From Octopus bimaculoides (lineage: Eukaryota), in NCBI RefSeq assembly GCF_001194135.2, contig NC_068985.1, positions 87,173,620 through 87,237,619 on the forward strand: a DNA stretch of 64,000 bases, in the 5' to 3' direction. Each line of letters opens with the position of its first letter. The first letter of the stretch is position 1. The notes below the pieces were generated by a model. It was not told where the DNA came from, searched no databases, and saw only the letters and a list, made by a program, of their open reading frames with translations. This document shows positions 53,465 through 64,000 of this stretch, in pieces. A program made the translations under genes and the position numbers.

Positions 53465-53605
53465 AATACAGTTCTATATTTAAGAAGTGAGGAATTATGT
53501 ACATTATTTAAATTTGATGTATATTTGTCCTCATCTTGTTTGTTGTTAACACAACGCTGGGCTACTAACCCCAAGATTCCGAGTTCGATTCCAGACAGTG
53601 ACCCG

Positions 53606-53637
<32 letters not shown>

Positions 53638-53800
53638 CAAAAACAACAACAACAACATCGAAAAATACCTTAAGAATGAGAACCCAGGTTCGAAATTTCC
53701 CCAAGACACATGATGAAGGCTGGAGGGTATATCAGCCAAAACGTTGTTAATAACAAACAAGATGAGGACAAATATCCGTCAAATGTAAATAATGTAAATA
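53465..53800 (+). mobile_element. tRNA-head/(AAT)n/hammerhead-like repeat, copy 2, preceded by an inverted copy of its own 3' end
   Basis: 53465-53556 is the reverse complement of the element's 3' ~90 bp. The forward copy runs from 53555 to about 53800. Confidence 0.8.
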
Positions 53801-54060
53801 AAAACAATGAAGATCAACTGAAACACCTTCCTCAGTTTTCCTCATGAGGCAGAACTCAGGACGTAGACATTATGTCAAGTATTAGAAATAAATGAACAAA
53901 CACCACTTCGCTGTCTAAAAGTATTAACCAGAAGGAACATATCAACAGGTAATGATGAAGAAATGATTGCCACGGAGGAAAGACTTCTGTCTGCTGGAGT
54001 TTGGGGGAAAACCCGAAAGGAAAGAAAAAAAATTAACCCAGCAAAGACGACTTAACATAT

Positions 54061-54471
54061 TCTTTTATTCTTTTACTTGTTTCAGTCATTTGACTGCGGC
54101 CATGCTGGAGCACCACCTTTAGTCGAATCAAATCAAACCCAGGACTTATTCTTTAGAAGCCTAGTACTTATTCTATCAGTCTCTTTTTGCCGAACCGCTA
54201 AGTTACGGGGACCTAAGCACACCAGCATCGGTTGTCAAGCGATGTTGGGGGAACAAACACAGATACACAACATATACACACATACATATATATATATACA
54301 CATATATACGATGGGCTTCTTTTAGTTTCCGTCTACCAAATCCACTCACAAGGCTTTGGTCGGCCTGAGGCTATAGTAGAAGACACTTGCCCAAGGTGCC
54401 ACGCAGTGGGACTGAACCCGGAACCATGTGGTTCGTAAGCAAGTTACTTACCACACAGCCACTCCTACGTC
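54061..54471 (-). mobile_element. SINE family A, best-preserved copy (tRNA-like head, internal CA/TA tract)
   Basis: Minus-strand head gacgtaggagtggctgtgtggtaag...gggttcagtccc (A- and B-box-like); at least eight related copies in the window. Confidence 0.9.
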
Positions 54472-55399
54472 TATAATAACAAAAACAGGTGAAGAGGAGC
54501 AATTACTTCGAAACAACAACGATACTCCACTGCCAAATAAGGAAAGAAAACAATAAAGAGGACCGAGACGAACTAAGATAAGAAGAATCGAAATTTGAAA
54601 ATCAAACGCAGTTAACAGACTAAATTAAGCGTCAGTGGTACCATGAATTTCCAAAGTAGTAATAGTGATTAAACAGTAGTTAGGTTTGGAATTCAAGCAA
54701 TAAGCAAAAAAAAAGAGATTATTTGTAAAAATAAAACTGTTTCTTTTTTCTCCTTTTTCTCTTTTTTCTTTTAATTTTTTCAATCATCTTCTCTGTTTTG
54801 TACAGTTTTCTAGTTTGATTTTTTTTTGGTGAATATATTTTAATTTTGCCTTGCATCTATTAATTGTAACTAAAATGTTTTTATCAGTAATTGTAATTTC
54901 ATACATAATGACATTGTTACTTAAATATTACTGTAGAATACAATTACGTTTATTATAACAACGAACTCGAAAGAACATACTCTGAAGACGTTAAAGTTTT
55001 TTCAACAGCAAATACCTCAAAAAGTACTTAAAGATGCAATTATAATCAATTCAATAATTAGTTAATCAGCAGGGTTGTGGAATGCCCACACCCAACCTAT
55101 CCAGTAACCTTTATATTTAATTTCCTTTTAATAATATATTTTGAATTAATTATTATGTTTAAGCAATTCTCTTTTATTTCCAATCAGATATATGAACTTT
55201 TAAAATATTAATGCTTCTTCACCCTTTCGTCTTTGTCTTCCACACGCCATGTTTGCCTTCTTTGTAACTCTGCAGTGAATGATTAATGTTTTATAAACAT
55301 CTTCGAGGCATATATGTCATCGTACTAATAACGAAAAGTTTATTATTATAATTGTTGTTGTTGTTCTGAAAGACTCCCGGATATTTCTTAATTACTGGT

Positions 55400-55683
55400 T
55401 ATTCTTTACTTGAAAGGAGTCAATAACAAATCACCAAAGGTTTCAAGGAATGCCTTCTCCTGTGACTCAAAGAGACACACCTTTCCTTAGAATGCGAGCT
55501 GTACTCAACAATGCTGTCTTCTGGATCACTTCGATGCTGACAGCAGTTCCAATATTCATAATATGTTTTTCAAAGCCCTCGGAAACTGCTCCTAATGCTC
55601 CAATTACCACCGGTATCGCCATTACTTTCCTCATGCCCCATAACTTCCTTATCTCGTCCTGGAGTGGCTGGTATTTCTTAATC
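55400..55683 (-). mobile_element. R4/Dong-type extreme 3' fragment
   Basis: KYQPLQDEIRKLWGMRKVMAIPVVIGALGAVSEGFEKHI...IQKTALLSTARILRK* matches the KY..L..E..RLW...PVVIGALG...LLGTA.ILR block. Confidence 0.9.
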
Positions 55684-56323
<640 letters not shown>

Positions 56324-58615
56324 AAGCACTTATGCTGCACCATTTAACCATGGCACTTTACATTCCAATTTCAAGTGTCGTCGACAAGTTTTGCTTTTTA
56401 TCTTAACATGGCCAATAAAATATAAACACCAGTCATACACTGGCTTAATATCTTCCTCTAATCTCCACTAATCCCTACTAATCCCTTCCTTTAAAACTGG
56501 CGACCTTTTGCCTATAAAGTTTATTTTGTCGTTCACTGTGAAATGTCAAGTACTTAACTCGATAATTTGGTCAATCCTATTACTCCATGTTTTGCTTCTG
56601 ACAACATTTCATATTTTTCATGTAAAAGAATTGAAACTTCTCTCAGCATCACAATCACAAACTAGTTTCAGTTTCCAAGCTAATATACAATTACGGGTTT
56701 CCATTAACTTATCTTGAAAATAACCAAATGATTAGCAAAACCACTGTGGTTATCTAATTCCGAAAATCACATATTCAGTGAGGGACATATGGTGTGATCC
56801 ATGCATAATTTGGGATATACTGGAAGACCGCTTTCCTTATTTATTGTATCTTGGGTGTATCTAGAGCAGAAGAAGTTTGATGAAGTCAATCCCTTTCCAA
56901 GATATTGAGCACGACGGAGTTAAAAATAGCACTTCAGTTAATGAAATTATTTGTCACATTTTAAGCTTATGCTGGATTACTGGATTAGTTGAAGAAATAT
57001 TTTGATCGTGGTACTGATTTGCAGCTAGATAGACGATGCCATTTCTGATAAAGCCTACAGAAAACAAACTCTGAGGAACATAAGTGAAAGAAATACATAA
57101 ACAGCTAAACCACTCAGCAGATTGGTTTGTACCTGTTAATTTTATTATCTATACTCTCTCGTGTATACATGAATATACATACGTGCATATATACAGCTGC
57201 CAACTTTCATGTACAAAAGATAAAATAGAACGAATACTTATACAAATATGTATACATATTTATTATTGAGATAAGGCAGCACATTGGATGGAATGTTTGG
57301 TAGTGTTTGCTACAATTCTCTGTTTAATGAGTTCAATTCTTGCTGAGACCAAATTTACTTTTCATCGTTTTAGATTCAATAAGAATGCAACAATTCAGGG
57401 CAAGGGGACTGACAAAATTGATTGGGGGAGGGGGGTCAAGCTAGATGTTTTTCCGGTCTTTGTTACAGCTTTTTGCAGCCTGACTGTAGCTTCTGCTGCA
57501 ACAGTGAAAAAACCAAGTTGTATCGGTCAAAATCACTGGCCTTTCCCTCACTGCCAGTCTTCAAAAAACTTTTATCAGGCTTGCACGTACATATATAGAG
57601 ACATGATCAACCTTGACAGATGGAAACCCTTCTATCAATTTGCTTTGAAAGAACCCTAACCCTGATCTTGACTAACCAGTATTCATACTTCCAGCATTTT
57701 CCCTCTTGCTCTTATTCTATTTCTGTTTCTAGCCTCACCTTTAAGTAAATTCTGCTCTTTTCCTCATCTGATCTCTCCTCCTAAACACCATATGCTCACT
57801 AGCATTTTACTGTCATTTATTGTGTTTAGGATCTCGTAAATAAATAACAATTTGTCTTGCTTCCTGAAAAAGGAATTGTAAAAACATCGAAAAATTTATA
57901 CCAACAGAATTAAAGATATTTCACACTATATGAACTGTCGAAAGTTTTTGCTGGTGCAGGCCACCATTAGTCACCCAAGAGTCTATTTTCTATTTTCTGT
58001 CAACCGACTATCATTTGCTAGCATATCTGAAAAGACTATGGCTTTTTTTCACGGTGCTTCGAAATGGGAAGAATTTGGAACCAACAATCTCCAAAGTGAG
58101 TTTCTCCCCTATACAACGATGTCCACAATTATATATGTGTGCGTGTATGGCTGTATAGATATATGAGTGTACAAATGCTTATGCACATATATAAACATCT
58201 TACATACATACTATATTATGCAGCCACAATATACAATAACATAAAGGTACATGCATATATTCCATAAATGAAAGTCATTTAATTTCGTTTTTGTACTTGG
58301 TTTGCAAGATTCTTTATGTGAATTCGTGTGTTGAAGCATATTTCATTATTTCATTGCGTCTAGGGAGAGTCATTCTCTTTTAGTGCCTTATTATTTAACA
58401 CACTCACGATATGCTTCTAAGCATTTTGCCTGGCGTGCTGACGATTCTGTCAGCTTTTGCTACCTTAAAACACACACTTATATTAACAAATCATTGATGT
58501 ATTCAAAATAGACATTAATCTTGGAATGCAAGAGACATAGTAACGGCTTTTCACCTTACCATCAGACTCAAATCATCATTATCATCATCATCGTTGTCGT
58601 CATCATTATCGTCAT

Positions 58616-58685
<70 letters not shown>

Positions 58686-60227
58686 CCGACACAAGCACTA
58701 CTACAAACTCAATCTGGTATAGTTGAATATTACCCTTATATTTTTATACTTCCAGGTGACTCTCATTAAAAGCTCTTCATGTACCAAGACTCCATGCTAC
58801 TATTGCTGAGAAAAAGGCATAATAATAATACATACTTGCTTAAATTATATATTCACTTGTTTAATGGCCGCTTCGAATAATGGATAATGCCGATCATTTT
58901 GATTCAAGCATTGACACTAGAGATTCTGCGATGGTTTCCAACTGGAAACCAAGTCTAATAGGAATTTATATTTTAGATCTAATTCTCAACAGGTGTCATA
59001 CCAGTAATAGACAATTTTGGCGAAAGATAATGATCTAGATATGTCTGGAATTATAATATGCTGCAAGCAGATAATTGTTTAAGACAGAACTGATAAAACT
59101 ATTCAGTATCTTGAAACTTAGAATTACAGAAGCACAAACCTATAAATAGTGTCTTAAATATAGCATTAGACATTTCTAAGGAAATATTTCAGCCATGCAT
59201 GAAACCTAATGAACCAATATTATATACATACATATATATATATAAATGTGTGTGTTTATGCATGTATTTATGCAGGTGTATCAGCTAAAATCGCACACTG
59301 TGTATCGTTGGATGTTTATCCATTATGCTGAGTAAACGAATTTGGAGTATTTGTTATGATGCTCATTTAATAAAGAAGAAAGCAGATAAAACAATGCATT
59401 GACTTCTAATTGTTGCAAAGAAACGCTTAAATATAACGGATGAAGTTGACTTGTTAGGAACAAGAAGAATAGAAAATCAATATGGAATAAGCTTCCATTT
59501 TCGATAAAGGTAAGAAAATTAATAGGGAAATATTCTCTTAGTAAGAAAAGACTCTTCTAGAAGAAAAGCTTTACTACTTATTCCATCATAATAGGTTAAT
59601 TAGCACGTTCTAAATTCGCCTTGAACAATAAAATAAATTTGAATCACCAATTAATGGGCTGCAGAAAGGCGGTTGCCACTCTCATTGTATATGCCCAGTC
59701 AACAGGAACTTTTTGGAAAAATATGTTATATAAGCAGCTGCTGTTCCAGCAATTATTAAGAGAAATGACACTGGCTTTAACCACAAGCCAATATAAGGAT
59801 AGATTTTATCAACACAATTATACATTCTGAGTATTCCAAAGAACGGCGATAGAAGCATTTACTTATAAGTTATTATTGGAAAACAGTAAAATACACCATG
59901 CTAATTTCTGGAAGCTTTTCTATAACACTTACATAGACACAATCAAAGGTATTTTATCATTTACAATTTAGAAGACTACCGATCTTAAATTATACTAAAA
60001 CATTTGATTACTACACAGAATTAAATAGCTCCAAGATTACACATAAGCAGGTAAGGAGTAATAAATATTAGAGGCATCTCAATTGGATTAACAAATATGT
60101 TAATGCTATGACAGGAAATCCGTAACTGAATTAGTGTGACATCCGTTAGTTTACAAATATATTGAAAGATTAAGTGGTCATAGATACGGCTGACACACAA
60201 ATAAATATACGAGTGTATATTTATATT

Positions 60228-60300
<73 letters not shown>

Positions 60301-62023
60301 CTTTGTGTGTGTGTATATATACATATGTATGTGTGATTGTGTGTATGTATCTATCTATATCACAAAGCTGAAGTCAACTGAGACTTCAGTTTCAGCCACT
60401 TTATTGCTCAGCGAAATGTTCGATAAGAACGATTGAGCAAACCAATAGGCAAAAGCGAAGTCCCACTCAATTTGATTTTTAATTAATATTTGACTATACA
60501 ATGAGGTGCGAATCACACCAGCTTAGTTATCATACTTAAAGTGGTTTAAAATAACATTACTTACCATATATGTGCATGTATATAAAATATATATTTACTT
60601 ATGCCATTGGTCTCTTTATCTCATTCTTTATATATATATATATATATATATCGATTTAAATAAGAGCTAAAATCTGATCCATTGAAAATACTTTATTATG
60701 ATGACCTATGATAATTTCGATGCAATATCCAGATCGATTCATGCATATTATAAAATATGGAATATTGTATCTCTTCAGGGTCGGATTAATTCACACATGC
60801 ATGCTAAGGTGGGTGTATATGCGTACCTGTAAATATGTTATTTCGTTGATTACTTCTTCGAAAAAAAAAGTTTTACTTGTATTGGGGCTCTATATATCTA
60901 ATATCATTTAGCTTTTATTTGTTAAAGTTATCGGACTGCTAAGTCACGGGGAAGAAAACAAGCCATGACCGGTTGTCTAGCAGCGGTAGAGGACAAACAC
61001 ATACAGAGTTATATGTATACAAATATATAAACACATACATACATATAAACACACGTATGTATATATACATGCATATGCATACATACATACATATATATAT
61101 GCATACATACATACATACGTACATACTCATGTATACATACAGCCACACACACATACATACAGTCACACACACATACATACATGCTGATGCGGTCTAACAT
61201 GCCCTATAGTTAGCCTCCTGTAGTACGTGACATCACCTTTCAACTTTCAATGGTTGATAATGTAAGTACCAGACAAGTATCTCGATCAATAAAACTGACT
61301 ATAGCCTCTTCTACTTCCCCTTCCTCCTCCTCCGCCTCCTCCTCATCCCATTCCTCCTCCATATGATGCTGATAAATGCAATAAAGATGATTACGTTGAT
61401 GCTGGCAATGATGACTCCCGAGGACAAAACTACGTTGTGGCTGTTGTGGTGGAGCTGAGGTCGAAGATTATGATTAAATTGAATTATAATCTCTCGAGGG
61501 AATTCGGTTACAAAATCTCGTACTTCAAATAAATTTTCGTTGTAAATCAAATTGATGTCATTTGACAAGGATGAGGAAATAAGATTAAATTATCTCTTAC
61601 AAAGGTAATAGAGGAAATGTAACAACACGAACGATCATGGAAAACAGAAGAAGAAGAAGAATAGTAATGAAAACAGTCGTGTGGCTTTATGGCCAGTCAG
61701 AAGAATAAGAGCAATCATAACAATATAGACAAACAACAAAGTGATCAGTCATAACTATTGGGATAATGAGAAGCAATAATACAATGTGAAAAGTCACAAA
61801 GAAAAGATGAGATACGTCATAACCATATAGGCAGTCATGACAATATGAATAATCATTATCGTAACCATAATCTTAATAACAGTCTTAATAAAAAGATCAA
61901 CGAGGGCGATCCTAAACATATGACTAGTTATAACCATATGAATGATTATAACAGTAGGAAGAAAAACAACAATAATAAAAATTATTATTATGAATATGGC
62001 CAATAACATTAGTCATATCTGCG

Positions 62024-62400
62024 CAGGCGTGGCTATGAGATAAGAATTTTGCTTCTCAACCACACTATTCGGGGTTCAGTCCTGCTTCGAGGCAACTTGG
62101 GCAAGTGTCTTCTATATATAGCCTCGGGCAGACCAAAGCTGTGTGAGTGGATTGGTTGATGGAAACTGAAAGAAGCCCGTCGTGTATGTGTGTGTGTGTG
62201 TGTGTCCCTCACCACTGCTTGGCAACCGGTGTTGGTGTGTTTACGTCCCCGTTACTTTGTGGTTCGGCAAAAGAAAGCAACAGAACAAGTACCAAGCTTA
62301 GAAAACATACTGGGGCCGATTCATTCAAATAAAACTTCTTCAAAGTGATACCCCAACATGGCCACAGTCAAATGACTCAAACAAGTAAGAGAATATAAAA
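62024..62400 (+). mobile_element. SINE family A copy, forward orientation
   Basis: ggcgtggctatgagataag...gggttcagtcc...ttgggcaagtgtcttcta...ggaaactgaaagaagcccgtcg...ccccaacatggccacagtcaaatgactcaaacaagtaa. Confidence 0.8.
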
Positions 62401-62730
62401 AAAATAAGCGTCATAACATTAGGATCAATCAATGTAATAATGTATTCTGATTTAGCTTCAATGCCAGGAACTTTGAGCGGATGAGATTTAGTCGATTAAC
62501 TCGATTACTTCATTGGTACCTTATTTTATCAATCCGCCAGGGGGAATAAAAGGTAAAGCTGACCTCAGCGAATTTTGAACTCAGAACATCAAAATTCAGG
62601 AAGAAATACAGTGAAGTAGCTATTCCAGCACCCTAAAGATTCTGTCAGTTGTTACCGCTTGAACGATTGCCACAATCATAAGGATCAATAAGACAATAGC
62701 AGGGCAAGAACACGGAAACTTAGTCATAAT

Positions 62731-62987
62731 AATACAGTTCTATATTTGAGAGATGAGGAAGTATGTATATTATTTACATTTGACGGATATTTGTCCTCAT
62801 CTTGTTTGTTGTTAACACAACGTTTCGGCTGATATACACTCCACTTTCCATCAGGTGTCTTGGGGGAATTTCGAACCTGGTTTCTCATTCCTAAGGTATT
62901 TTTCGATGTTATTATTATTATAATTATTAAGGTCACTGCCTGGAATCGAACTCGGAATCTTGAGGCTAGTAGCCCGCGATCTTAACC
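62731..62987 (-). mobile_element. tRNA-head/(AAT)n/hammerhead-like repeat, copy 3 (solo)
   Basis: Reverse complement of copies 1 and 2, with a short AAT tract. Confidence 0.8.
62814..62859 (-). ncRNA. Degenerate minimal type I hammerhead-ribozyme-like motif (also at 43283-43328 and 53705-53748)
   Basis: Three-copy consensus GACAC-CUGAUGA-A-GGCUG(GAGGGUAUAU)CAGCC-GAAA-CG-UU-GUGUU. Every individual copy has core substitutions. Confidence 0.5.
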
Positions 62988-63864
62988 AGCAAAAACAGCA
63001 GAAAAGAATACAGCAAATGCAATGTTCATAATTTGTATAACCATAAGAGGAAGAGTAAGAGAAGCAGTAATCCTAATTATAAGAAGGCTTGTAATAAATA
63101 GCAAGAGGAGTAGAAAGAGTAAAAGAAAGGTGGGAAGAAATTGGGGAGATGGAGGGGGAAAGAGAAGGAGCAGGAGAAGGGAAAAGATCTTTTGTCTTTT
63201 ACTTGTTTCAGGCATTAGATTGCGGCCATGCGTGGGTAGCGCCTTGAGGAATTTTTAATCGAATGAAATGCCACCAGTACTTATTTAAAAAAAAAAGACT
63301 TGTACTTTTACTGTCTCTTGCTGAACTAAAACAGAAAAGAAGAAGACGAAGAAAATACAATGCCAAAATTGAAAGGAAAGAGGAAGGAGAAGACGAGAAA
63401 GATTAGGAGATAAGGAAATGTTTGACATTGAAACAGACGTAAAAGAAGATGAGAAGAAGAAGTAGAAGCGAAGAAAACGTAAATTGGGAGCTGAAGAAGA
63501 AAAGTAGAGAAAGAAGGAAAAATGAAGAAAATAAAGAGGAAGGGGAGAATTTGGAAAAAGGAAAACAAAATAAGGGAAAACATGAAGAGAAAAAAGCTCC
63601 TTAATGTGATATCCGAGGCATTATTGTGGAAAGGGCTGCAATCACCGTCGACAAATACAGAAACAACCTTTAAACAAACTCAAGTGGGATTAGATGAAGA
63701 AAATCAACATCAAGTATATAGTTTAATATAGAGATAATGATGGGAATTAATCAGACAATCGAAAACTTATATGATGCTAAGTACATAACAAATTAATGAA
63801 ATGTTATGTAAATAGATTGGAGCGAAGAGAGGAAGAGGGGAAAAGGGGAGAGGAAAGAAAGAAA

Positions 63865-63931
63865 GAAAGAAGAAGAAGAAGAAGAAGAAGAAGAAGAAGA
63901 AGAAGAAGAAGAAGAAGAAGAAGAAGAAGAA
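63865..63931. repeat. (GAA)n array
   Basis: Directly visible. Confidence 0.95.
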
Positions 63932-64000
63932 CTGAGTTGATTTCATTTAAGTGCGAATCAATTGGAAATGACAATATATATATACATACATATATATATA

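Noticed and set aside
57288-57659. 123-aa ORF with a signal-peptide-like start
   Set aside because: It runs through decayed SINE family C-like sequence (gcaaggggactgacaaaattgattggggg) and has no splice or homology support.

Overview
This is AT-rich, microsatellite-saturated animal genomic DNA with about ten N-gaps. The repeat families and their density suggest a coleoid cephalopod, most likely Octopus; this is an inference, no search was run. There is no long intact ORF, and nearly all of the supplied ORF track is translated microsatellite or gap sequence. What the sequence supports: (1) decayed transposons, namely a Penelope-like RT, three R4/Dong-type 3' ends, three RTE LINE pieces, and Tc1, mariner and DD37D/maT transposase fossils; (2) many copies of about four SINE-like families; (3) at least eight TIR or fold-back MITE-like elements, including a clean nested insertion with an 8-bp TSD and a nearly loop-less hairpin with ~210-bp arms; (4) low-to-moderate confidence host exons: a phase-consistent three-exon chain at 537-1800 (+), a SOCS/VHL-box-like terminal exon at 52291-52527 (-), and candidates after a CpG-rich patch at 15.3-15.6 kb. 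The most unusual item is a ~270-300 bp repeat present three times. It joins a tRNA-derived head, an (AAT)n tract and a minimal hammerhead-ribozyme-like motif, and one copy sits directly behind the Penelope ORF. No host gene could be named with confidence.
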